In this document: in pieces, positions 29,236 to 39,087 of the stretch
How the letters are laid out: each line of letters starts with the position of its first letter
How positions within the stretch are numbered: position 1 is the first letter of the stretch
Source: an uncultured Calditrichaceae bacterium
Lineage (GTDB): Bacteria; Calditrichota; Calditrichia; Calditrichales; J004
Direction of reading: 5' to 3'
Length of the DNA stretch: 64,000 bases
Assembly (NCBI GenBank): GCA_964456445.1
Contig: CAYWBI010000004.1
Span: 4,110-68,109 of the forward strand
Position numbers and translations under genes: made by a program
The notes under the pieces: model-generated
Seen by the model: only the letters and a program-made list of their open reading frames with translations
The model's database searches: none
Told to the model about the DNA's origin: nothing

Positions 29236-30388
29236 ATTCTTTTATTTTACGGTACAAGGTCCGTTCACTTATTTGCAAGGCCCGAGCGGTTTTCCTGCGG
29301 CTGCTGCTATATCTTCGTAAAGTATCTTTTATCAATTCGCGTTCCATACCGGCCAGGGTCATGGGCTTTACTTCTTCGCCGGAAATACCGTCGCCAGCAA
29401 CGTCACCGATCGTTCCATAGGTTTCCTTTGATTCAATCACGCTTTCCGGCCGCCGCTCCATCAAGGTGGAAAACATCTGCTTCAGTTCGGTCATGTCTAA
29501 TTTAAGGGCAACAAGGGTCCGATAAATAAGTTCCCGTTCGGCCTGTTCGGGAGTTTTGTTCAGGGCCATAGGCAAAGAGTCCGACCCCGCTTGAAGCTGC
29601 CCGATGTTCAGGGCAGAACGGACATAATCCGAGCGAACAACCTGGCCACGGTTAAGGATAATCGATGTTTCCACAAAATTACGTAACTCACGTACGTTGC
29701 CCGGCCAGTCAAACTTTAGCATCACCTGAACGGCATCGGGTGAAAACCCTTTAAAATCGATTTTGTTTTTTTCCACATATTTTTTAGCAAACAGTTCCAC
29801 GAGCACGGGGATGTCATTTACCCGCTGGCGCAGGGGCGGAATACTTAGCGTTATTGCCTTTAAACGGAAATAAAGATCGCGCCGGAATTGTCCCTGCTGC
29901 ACGGCCTCTTCCAAGTTACGGTTTGTAGCCGCTACAATGCGTACATCCACTTTTTGCAACTCGGTCCCGCCAACACGCATAAATTCCGATGTTTCCAACA
30001 CGCGCAAAAGTTTCACCTGAGTGTTAAGCGGCATCTCACCGATTTCATCGAGAAAGATGGTCCCTTTATTGGCCGCTTCGAAATAGCCTTTTTTTTGTCC
30101 GATGGCCCCGGTAAAGGATCCCTTTTCATGACCGAACAGTTCGGATTCGAGAATCCCTTCCGGGATGGCGCCGCAATTTACGGTTACCAATGGACGGTTT
30201 CGCCTGGCACTTAACTGATGGATGGCCGTGGCCACTACTTCCTTACCGGTGCCGCTCTCCCCAATTATCAACACGGAAAGATCGGTTGGGGCAACCATCA
30301 TCACGGTTTGCAGCAATTCCTCTATCTTGGGATGGCTGCCATAAAAGCCGGTAATTTTTTGCAGCTCTTCAATCGAAAAATTTTTCAT
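29225..30388 (-). CDS. Sigma-54 enhancer-binding protein without a receiver or sensory domain (AAA+ + HTH only)
   Basis: The AAA+ core begins about 25 aa from the N-terminus. Walker A is GESGTGKE and the loop is GSFTGA. The C-terminal HTH is RKTARALQISERTLYRKIKEYG. It overlaps the lptE-like start by 11 nt. Confidence 0.85.
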   Translation of the reverse strand: MKNFSIEELQKITGFYGSHPKIEELLQTVMMVAPTDLSVLIIGESGTGKEVVATAIHQLSARRNRPLVTVNCGAIPEGILESELFGHEKGSFTGAIGQKKGYFEAANKGTIFLDEIGEMPLNTQVKLLRVLETSEFMRVGGTELQKVDVRIVAATNRNLEEAVQQGQFRRDLYFRLKAITLSIPPLRQRVNDIPVLVELFAKKYVEKNKIDFKGFSPDAVQVMLKFDWPGNVRELRNFVETSIILNRGQVVRSDYVRSALNIGQLQAGSDSLPMALNKTPEQAERELIYRTLVALKLDMTELKQMFSTLMERRPESVIESKETYGTIGDVAGDGISGEEVKPMTLAGMERELIKDTLRRYSSSRRKTARALQISERTLYRKIKEYGL

Positions 30389-30600
30389 GGAATATATATT
30401 TAAATCCTGTGGAGTTACAATAATTGAATTTAGAGATTTTTATTTTTTAATTCAAACAGAAGAGCAGATAATACGGGTATGAAACGTTGGCTTAGGTTTA
30501 TGGCTTTTTCAAGATTGTGGTAAAAGTCGCAACGCTTGTAATGCTACCCAAAAAACAACCCACATTATTTAAATATTTTTGAACGAATAATACACAACTC

Positions 30601-33600
30601 TTAGAATTCAATTAATTCCTTCTCAACTTCAGGATAAATTCCATCTATCTCTTTTTGAATTTCAATAGTCTTACTCAAAGCCGTAACAATACGGCAATAA
30701 CGCGGTGCTTCGTCCATCACGCGGCCTTTTCTGTCCTTTAAGTATTTATGTAAAACCTGATAACCGCCAATATGATAATTCCAGACTTCCGGCGCGACGT
30801 CTTCAAAATATTTTTCTTTATTGATGTAAATACGCTGTTCGTCTTTCTTGTAAATAATTTTTTCAATTCGGTCGTTATTGCCTGTGCCCTGATATTTAGC
30901 AATTGGCGTATCGAGTTCTGCGCTTTTGAGCAAATGTAAATCAGAAAGGCGCTTACCAAGTTTTCCTATCTGAATAAATAAATCAAAATCACTCGTAAAA
31001 GGAACACGAGGAAAATCAATCTTTAAAAACTCGGAATAAGTTTCGCGGTAGATGTTGCTGTAAAAAATTGCATAAATGTAGTATAAGATATCTTCCGGGG
31101 AAGGATCTTTACCGAAAATAGTTGTTAAATTCTCAAAAACAACGGGCGCAATATTGGGTTTTTTCCCATAAGTTATCTCTTCTTCAAAAACCATCATTAT
31201 TGTCGAACCTGGTTTTGGATCCTTTTTTGATAGATTAGGATAAATATATAAAGGGGCTTGTTGAATAATACCTTTGCTACTAAAAAAAGTACGGTTGTCA
31301 ACCATATATTCTGATATTAGAAAATGTGTATATGATAAATTACCTGAAAACTGTCTCATAAAGCATAATGAAATATTTTCATGTAGCATCTGGCTCATAA
31401 CTTCCGACCGCGTTCTCTCAACAAGCGACTGGTGGTAGAAGATGTATCTTTGATCAAAAGGACGATATAGGATTTCTTTTATATAATCATCCTGATTATC
31501 AATGTTTGATATTTCCTGACGGACGTTTTTGATTTTCCAATTTGATTTTTCTTTTAAATTAAATGCCTGTAAAATTATTTCATCTGGTTGAGATATATTG
31601 CGAAACTGCATGATTCTGTTTTTTAATTCGCTCTTTTTAAAACCAATTGCAAAATTATCGCGTGAAGTAACAACGCCAACGCTGTTCATGGGAAAAACTT
31701 CATTGATTTTCATCCATTTCAAGTATCGCATTATTTTTTCTGTATCCCTTTTTATGAAAAAATAATAGGGGCTCCGCGGCTTGATTCCCACATATTTTTC
31801 TTTTTGAAGATTGTTTTTATCCAGCCAGTTATATTTATCTTCACGCAGTCCGAATAAATCAGCCTGATATACCTGTGACTTTTTGTACTTCTTGTTTTTT
31901 ATAAATAGAGCTATCGCTACGCCCTGACGGATATCAAAGACATTTTCATCTTTTCCGCCTTCCGGATCAGTCTCCTTTTTAAGACTGTTACCATGCAAAT
32001 TAAGAATATAGATTTCATCAAATGTTTTCATCAAACTCTGGCGCATACCACGAAAAGTAGGATTATCCAAATAGCTGTGATTTGTAATCATTCCAACAAT
32101 ACCATAACCGGATTTTTGAATTTTCCACTGAGAATATCGCAAGAATTTAACATAATCATCCTGTAACCATTTTGGGTTTCTTTCACCAAGAGGTTCATTA
32201 TCAATTTTGTAATAACTTTGAATATTAATTCCATCAACAACATCTTCTTTGAGAAGTCTTTCTGTCCATTCATTTGAATTTGCTGAATGACCGCTGTAAG
32301 GCGGATTACCGAGAATTACTAAAACAGGTTGTTCTTTTTTAACTTTTCCGGCCAAATGGCTTTCTTCACTTAAAGAACTAAGGCCGGGCAGGCTAATCTG
32401 TTCAATCTCTTCCATTTCCAAAGTGTTTGTCAGATATAGTTTGAAACGCTCATCATCGCCAAGTTTGCATCCTATCTCATCAAGGATAAAACTCATTTTC
32501 AAATGGCCGATGGCATAAGGCGCCATCATTAGTTCAAAAGCAAAGTAATTTTGCAGAATATGTTTTTTAATCCAATTATTCAACCCGCCTGATCCGTACT
32601 TGTTTTTAAATTCTTCCGTGGCAATTTTGATAGCTTCTGCAGGAAAAGTAAGCGTACCGCCCGCCGGGTCAAGCAATTTAACATCTTCGCTGGCTAAGCC
32701 GTCCGCTAAATTAAAATGTGTTTTTAAAATGAAATGAATGGAACTCACAATATATTTTACGACAGGTTCGGGAGTGTAATAAACGCCGCGCTTTTCCCTG
32801 ACCGACGGGTCATAAGCGGAAAGGAAGGTTTCATAAAAATGAATAATCGGGTCTTTCCCTTTCCCTTCCGAATAATAATCCTGTAAAATCTTTTTGACGT
32901 CGGTTACTTTGAGTATTTCAGAAATATCCTCGACAATTATCTGCAATGACTTTGGCGGGTCTCCAAGAGAAATAAATCGAAACACATCCCGCAAAATGCC
33001 GATAGTATTTGGAATATATTTAAAAGCCAGTTCACGGTTAAAATCGTCTTCTGCCCTGGTTCGCGAAGCAAACAGGCCGTAAGTAATTGTTTGTGAATAC
33101 AGGTCTGCAAATTGTTTTTCGGTTAGAGTAGAAATGAGATATTTTTTAAAGGCTTCATAAAAGGCAAGGATTTGGTTGTGCCCTTTGCTCTCACTTTCTT
33201 CAAGTTCTAACTCTACTACTTCATCTCTTAAAAACCGGGTTCGTTTTGCTAATTCTAAAGCTAAAGATTTTGCAGTGCGAATATTTGGCAAAGAAAATGA
33301 AAAGAATAATTCTATTAGATTTTTAAACTGTTCGATATTTTCAAGAGGTGGTTTTGTTTTAAGTTTTTGAGCAATGACCGGGCGGGCAATCGTAACATGG
33401 GCAATGCGTTCGCCGTTGCGATACAAACGGAATTCATAGAAATTAGTGAGAATAACATTCGGGAATGTTGAAATGTACCGTTCTAATTGTTCACTGTTTT
33501 CGATGTAATCAAGATTTGTAACCGACGGGTCTTTTGCTTCGATATAACCTGTGATGTGATTTTTACCATCCCAAACACGGAAGTCAGGATTCCCGGCTTC

Positions 33601-33768
33601 GGTTTTCTTGGGCAGAATTGTAACATCGACATTTTTTACTTTTTGAAATTTAGCAATTTCTTTTAGCAAAGAACTTAAATGCTCGTAATAGCTTTCTTCC
33701 CGTGCGTCACCACGGCTTGCTGTATTTAAAAGATTTTTTAAATATTGCTCAAGAATATTTTTCAACAA
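30601..33768 (-). CDS. Single-polypeptide type IIG/IIL restriction-modification enzyme (MmeI-like) or PglX-like N6-adenine methyltransferase
   Basis: PD-(D/E)XK-like motif NPDF...GYIEAK (aa 60-79). SAM-binding motif LLDPAGGTLTF. Catalytic NPPY lies at nt 32296-32307. C-terminal motif is WNYHIGGYQVLHKYLKDRKGR. GC is about 33% by hand count, against about 57-63% in the flanking genes. Confidence 0.8.
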   Translation of the reverse strand: MLKNILEQYLKNLLNTASRGDAREESYYEHLSSLLKEIAKFQKVKNVDVTILPKKTEAGNPDFRVWDGKNHITGYIEAKDPSVTNLDYIENSEQLERYISTFPNVILTNFYEFRLYRNGERIAHVTIARPVIAQKLKTKPPLENIEQFKNLIELFFSFSLPNIRTAKSLALELAKRTRFLRDEVVELELEESESKGHNQILAFYEAFKKYLISTLTEKQFADLYSQTITYGLFASRTRAEDDFNRELAFKYIPNTIGILRDVFRFISLGDPPKSLQIIVEDISEILKVTDVKKILQDYYSEGKGKDPIIHFYETFLSAYDPSVREKRGVYYTPEPVVKYIVSSIHFILKTHFNLADGLASEDVKLLDPAGGTLTFPAEAIKIATEEFKNKYGSGGLNNWIKKHILQNYFAFELMMAPYAIGHLKMSFILDEIGCKLGDDERFKLYLTNTLEMEEIEQISLPGLSSLSEESHLAGKVKKEQPVLVILGNPPYSGHSANSNEWTERLLKEDVVDGINIQSYYKIDNEPLGERNPKWLQDDYVKFLRYSQWKIQKSGYGIVGMITNHSYLDNPTFRGMRQSLMKTFDEIYILNLHGNSLKKETDPEGGKDENVFDIRQGVAIALFIKNKKYKKSQVYQADLFGLREDKYNWLDKNNLQKEKYVGIKPRSPYYFFIKRDTEKIMRYLKWMKINEVFPMNSVGVVTSRDNFAIGFKKSELKNRIMQFRNISQPDEIILQAFNLKEKSNWKIKNVRQEISNIDNQDDYIKEILYRPFDQRYIFYHQSLVERTRSEVMSQMLHENISLCFMRQFSGNLSYTHFLISEYMVDNRTFFSSKGIIQQAPLYIYPNLSKKDPKPGSTIMMVFEEEITYGKKPNIAPVVFENLTTIFGKDPSPEDILYYIYAIFYSNIYRETYSEFLKIDFPRVPFTSDFDLFIQIGKLGKRLSDLHLLKSAELDTPIAKYQGTGNNDRIEKIIYKKDEQRIYINKEKYFEDVAPEVWNYHIGGYQVLHKYLKDRKGRVMDEAPRYCRIVTALSKTIEIQKEIDGIYPEVEKELIEF

Positions 33769-33878
33769 ACTAAAAATCCTTTAGTAAAAATAATAATTGT
33801 GAATATAAAGAAAACTAAGATTGAGTGAAATTAAAACTGACGGATTCAGAAAGTACCAGTCAGATAACAACAGATTAC

Positions 33879-33902
33879 AGAGAACCGTTTATCGGATTCT
33901 CT
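33879..33902. repeat. Imperfect palindrome sharing 13 nt with the module at 10379-10398
   Basis: The sequence is agagaaccg-ttt-atcggattctct. The stretch tttatcggattct (33888-33900) is identical to 10387-10399. Confidence 0.5.
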
Positions 33903-33966
33903 ATAAATACAAATGACCGTCTGAAGGCAGTTCTTTTAAAGGGTAAAATTTTTATTGTCCCTTTCA

Positions 33967-34857
33967 TTAAGCCCTGGGATGATACTTTAAATATTCACGG
34001 GTAATAATGTGCCGGTCAAGATGGGTATAAATTTGCGTCGTGCTTATATCCACATGGCCCAGCATTTCCTGCACCGAGCGCAGGTCCGCGCCGTTTTCGA
34101 TAAGATGGGTGGCAAATGAATGGCGCAGCGTATGGGGATGCACGTTTTTCAATATCCCCGCTTCGGTGGCGGATTTATCCAGGATTTTCCAAAACCCCAT
34201 ACGCGACATAGCGTTGCCGCGGACATTAAGATACAATGCCGCCGACGGACGGGCGGCCCGGGCCAACAAAGGACGGGCTTCCGAATGATAACGGCGTATC
34301 CAGTATAAAGCAGAAGAAGAAACAGGTACCGGGCGCTCCTTGCTTCCCTTGCCAAAAATACGCAGGATACCCTCTTCAAACAGAACATTCTTCAGTTCAA
34401 GCGTCAACAGTTCCGATACGCGTAAACCCGATGCATAGATGGTTTCGAACATAGACCGGTTACGCAGACCAAGCGACTTGCCCACATCAGGCACTTCAAA
34501 CAAACTTTCCACTTCTTCCACTGTGAGGACAGTGGGCATATAACGGGGGATTTTAGGATGGTCCACATGGGCCGTGGGGTCCTTTTCCAATAAATTTTCG
34601 CCAATCAGAAATTTATAAAATCCACGAATGGATGAGATGTTGCGCGCCAGACTGTTCTCCGACAGCCCTATTTCCGACAAACTTTGCAACAGGCGATGGA
34701 TATGTTTGGGCCGAGCATCCGCCGGGCGTTTCACACCGTTTTGCTTGATATATGAGAGAAAGCGGGTCAAATCCCGCCGATAGGCGTCAACAGAATTTGG
34801 GGAGAGGTTCTGCTCAAAAGTAAGATAGCTGATATATAGTTTTAAATGTGCATGCAC
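33967..34857 (-). CDS. xerD: Tyrosine recombinase XerD
   Basis: The 296-aa protein starts ...YISYLTFEQNLSPNSVDAYRRDLTRFLSYI. The catalytic region has GLRVSEL, HPHTLRHSFATHL and GHVDISTTQIYTH (R-H-R-Y signature). Confidence 0.85.
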   Translation of the reverse strand: MHAHLKLYISYLTFEQNLSPNSVDAYRRDLTRFLSYIKQNGVKRPADARPKHIHRLLQSLSEIGLSENSLARNISSIRGFYKFLIGENLLEKDPTAHVDHPKIPRYMPTVLTVEEVESLFEVPDVGKSLGLRNRSMFETIYASGLRVSELLTLELKNVLFEEGILRIFGKGSKERPVPVSSSALYWIRRYHSEARPLLARAARPSAALYLNVRGNAMSRMGFWKILDKSATEAGILKNVHPHTLRHSFATHLIENGADLRSVQEMLGHVDISTTQIYTHLDRHIITREYLKYHPRA

Positions 34858-34888
34858 GGAAACTCTTGGTATGGCTGAATATCGCGTT

Positions 34889-35332
34889 TTATTTAGTTTT
34901 ATTTTCCAACAACGGTTCGGTCAGGGAAAGGGCGATCCCCGAAAGCATTACTTCCGGCGCAAGTTTTGTAAAATCACCGGACAGCAATCCGCTTTCCACG
35001 TTTGTAAAAATAGAGCAACCGGCCTGGCGCTCTACGATAACCCCGGAAAGCCTATCATAGTACTCGGCAAAAAAGGTCACCTCTTCCAGCACATCGCTGG
35101 CCACATATCCACTGCAAAAATGTAACTGGGAATGGGTATATGGCGTAAAGATCGACACCAGGTTTCCGGTTTTTTCCCCGATCTGGATATCCGGGTAAAT
35201 TTCTATGGTCAGTTTTCTGTTTTCTGCTTCGTTCAACAATACGGCACGGTACTGCCCGGCCCGTTTGTTAAAACGTGTATTGAGCGTTTTCTCAATTTTT
35301 TTAAAATCTTCATCATTAAATTTAAAGCTCAT
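34889..35332 (-). CDS. Hypothetical protein (147 aa), no recognisable motif
   Basis: The ORF is co-directional and closely spaced between bshB1 (48-nt gap) and xerD (31-nt gap). Composition is host-like. Confidence 0.45.
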   Translation of the reverse strand: MSFKFNDEDFKKIEKTLNTRFNKRAGQYRAVLLNEAENRKLTIEIYPDIQIGEKTGNLVSIFTPYTHSQLHFCSGYVASDVLEEVTFFAEYYDRLSGVIVERQAGCSIFTNVESGLLSGDFTKLAPEVMLSGIALSLTEPLLENKTK

Positions 35333-35380
35333 ACCTGCCCCTAAGAATAAATAGACACTTCACAAAGTCAATATCCATAC

Positions 35381-36100
35381 TTACGTGAATATTTGCATCA
35401 AGTTATCAATTTTTAAAGCGGATTTTACATAGAATGGTTCACCATAAGCCACGCCAATCTGAAAACCAAAATACTTTGCCCGTGTTTCAACAGATTCCCA
35501 GAACCCGGGGCTGCTGATATATGTTTGCGGCTCTTTGGATTCCGGGTCATAAAACTGGCTTTTATACGCGCGTATGGCCGCAATTTTTTCTTTAAATTCC
35601 GTGGATATGTCCACAATAAAAGATGGTTTGGTAACTTTGTGCTGAAAATAATAGATCAGCGATTTGGGCCGATATGGTTCCTGCTCCGTTTTTACCTTGG
35701 CCAATCCGCTGTAAAAAAAAGCCGCGCTGACCAGGTGCGAGGTGTTTATATGATCCGGATGTCTGTCTTCCCAATAAGGAGCGAGAACGATTTTTGGCCG
35801 ATAACCGCGCAAGGCGCTGATCACTACGCGTTTGCTTGCCGTATCCGTTGAAATATTACCGTCGGGCAGACCGGCATTTGTGCGCATATCAAGCCCTAAT
35901 ATACGGCCGGCTTTATCCGCTTCCTTCGCGCGCAGCTCCGGTGTGCCGCGCGTGCTCAATTCCCCGCGGGTCAGGTCGATTATCCCGACCGTCGCACCCT
36001 GTTTTTTTAATTTTAAAACTGTTCCGGCACAGAACAATTCCGCATCATCAGGATGCGGGGCAAAAACCAAAACATCCACCTTGCTCATCTGCAATTCCAA
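35381..36100 (-). CDS. bshB1: LmbE/PIG-L-family deacetylase, BshB1-like (bacillithiol biosynthesis)
   Basis: VLVFAPHPDDAELFCAGTV...GIIDLTRGELSTRG matches the BshB1 N-terminal metal-binding signature. HPDH occurs later in the protein. Confidence 0.7.
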   Translation of the reverse strand: MELQMSKVDVLVFAPHPDDAELFCAGTVLKLKKQGATVGIIDLTRGELSTRGTPELRAKEADKAGRILGLDMRTNAGLPDGNISTDTASKRVVISALRGYRPKIVLAPYWEDRHPDHINTSHLVSAAFFYSGLAKVKTEQEPYRPKSLIYYFQHKVTKPSFIVDISTEFKEKIAAIRAYKSQFYDPESKEPQTYISSPGFWESVETRAKYFGFQIGVAYGEPFYVKSALKIDNLMQIFT

Positions 36101-36503
36101 CGCAAAATAAATACTAAAATCAACTAAGCCCGGGAAATTTAAATATAAAACATGGAAGTTAACCTTTTTTAAAAACTATACAGGCTTCTCTGACACTAAA
36201 TTGCAAAATACAAGGGCGAGGCATGGGAAGCAAAAATTTTGCTTGTATCATCTATCTAAAATCCCATCTATTATTTTCAAGTGAACACATTTTTTTTTTA
36301 CATTGGCACTGCCCTGTTTTTCCTTATTACGCGTGACCCGTTGGAAATAATACCGCAGAATATTTACTGTGGAACCCGCTTTTCGTTTTTTGCAAAATGG
36401 GGCCATGGCTGTTTCAAAATTAATACCCACGGAATAAGCGCATTTCCATATTATTCCGTTGATGTACTACAAATTTAAACCTTTAAAACAACAGGAGATG
36501 TTT

Positions 36504-37265
36504 ATGCAGGATATTCGTAAAAAACATGTACTTATTACCGGGGCCAGTAGTGGAATAGGGCTGGCCTGTGCAAACACCTTTGCCGCCGCCGGATGTAACC
36601 TTACACTTATCGCGCGGCGTAAGGAGAGACTTAAATCAATTGCAGAAACACTTCAGCAAAAAAACGATGTGCACATAAAAATCCTTGGCTTGGATATCCG
36701 GGACTCCGACGCTGTACATGCGGCGTTAACAGATGTTGAGCGGGTGGATATTCTGATCAACAATGCGGGTTTGGCACGTGGCGTAGGCGCTATTATCGAT
36801 TCCGATCCGGCTGGCTTTGATGATGTTATCGATACCAACGTGAAGGGTTTATTGTTTGTTACCCATGCAATCGTACCTAAAATGGAAGAATACGGCCGGG
36901 GCGATATTATAAACATCGGTTCCATTGCCGGCCACGAAACATACCCTGGGGGCGCTGTATATTGTGCATCCAAACATGCGGTTGACGCGCTGACCAAGGG
37001 TCTGCGCATGGATTTGGTCGATACACCTTTACGCGTATCGTCCATCGATCCCGGTCTGGTGGAAACGGAGTTTAGTATCGTCCGGCTTGGCGATGAGGCC
37101 ATGGCAAAAAAGGTCTATGCGGATATGCAGCCGCTCATCGGGGCCGACATTGCCGATGTGGCTTATTATATCGTCACCCGGCCCGCGCATGTACAAATTG
37201 CCGATGTGGTTATTTTCCCTACGGACCAGGCGGCGGCGACTGTTGTCCATCGTCATAAACAGTAG
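36504..37265 (+). CDS. Short-chain dehydrogenase/reductase (YdfG-like NADP-dependent)
   Basis: Cofactor-binding motif TGASSGIG. NNAG is present, and the catalytic YCASK gives Y-x-x-x-K. The start has AGGAG 6 nt upstream. The track ORF begins at 36459. Confidence 0.85.
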   Translation: MQDIRKKHVLITGASSGIGLACANTFAAAGCNLTLIARRKERLKSIAETLQQKNDVHIKILGLDIRDSDAVHAALTDVERVDILINNAGLARGVGAIIDSDPAGFDDVIDTNVKGLLFVTHAIVPKMEEYGRGDIINIGSIAGHETYPGGAVYCASKHAVDALTKGLRMDLVDTPLRVSSIDPGLVETEFSIVRLGDEAMAKKVYADMQPLIGADIADVAYYIVTRPAHVQIADVVIFPTDQAAATVVHRHKQ

Positions 37266-37349
37266 CAATTACATTATCCAGGTGGTTTTATAAAATTGAA
37301 ACAATACCGTGTTTTATTTCGAAATATTGCGGATAAACTTTTGCCCTGA

Positions 37350-38690
<1,341 letters not shown>

Positions 38691-38698
38691 ACCATATC

Positions 38699-38731
38699 AT
38701 TCCGGCAGACCCCGTCTGCCGGAATTTTTTA
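38699..38731 (+). terminator. Rho-independent terminator after eno
   Basis: attccggcaga (38699-38709) pairs with tctgccggaat (38715-38725) around the loop ccccg, giving an 11-bp stem. A T6 tract follows. Confidence 0.75.
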
Positions 38732-38759
38732 TTTCATCCCCGCTTATGTATATTCACAC

Positions 38760-39074
38760 ATGGTTCGAAAAAAAGATGCCCGAAAAAAAAAAATTCACTT
38801 AAACCGCCGCTCATTGGTTATTGTGGCAATCCTTTTATTTGTCCTGTTTCTGTTTATTTTTGCCGACCGGGGCACCTGGAAATTTTATCAGGATTATAGG
38901 GAACGAAACGCCCTTCAGCAAGAAATTGAAGTACTAAAACAAAAACGGGACCGCCTGCAAAAGGAAAAGGACAAACTGGAACATGACATGCAGTACATCG
39001 AAAAAATTGCCCGTGAAAAATACCAGATGCGCAAGAAGGACGAAAAAGTTTATAAAGTAGAAATTCAGCCATAA
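38760..39074 (+). CDS. ftsB: Septum formation initiator (FtsB/DivIC family)
   Basis: One TM helix is followed by a coiled coil (LQQEIEVLKQKRDRLQKEKDKLEHDMQYIEKIAREKYQM). The position downstream of eno is the conserved one. Confidence 0.7.
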   Translation: MVRKKDARKKKIHLNRRSLVIVAILLFVLFLFIFADRGTWKFYQDYRERNALQQEIEVLKQKRDRLQKEKDKLEHDMQYIEKIAREKYQMRKKDEKVYKVEIQP

Positions 39075-39087
39075 CCCGGGGCCAACA

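Noticed and set aside
33967-34857. The tyrosine recombinase might be the integrase of the adjacent low-GC RM island.
   Set aside because: Its sequence is a full-length XerD-type protein with host-like high GC (about 63% in a sampled line). It lies in a host-like bshB1-hyp-xerD string. It is most simply the chromosomal dimer-resolution enzyme. I could find no att-like direct repeats by eye in the island flanks.
36304-36320. TGGCAC in ttggcactgccctgttt upstream of the SDR gene, considered as a sigma-54 -24 element.
   Set aside because: The position 10 nt after GG reads TT rather than GC, and no TTGC lies at the right spacing.
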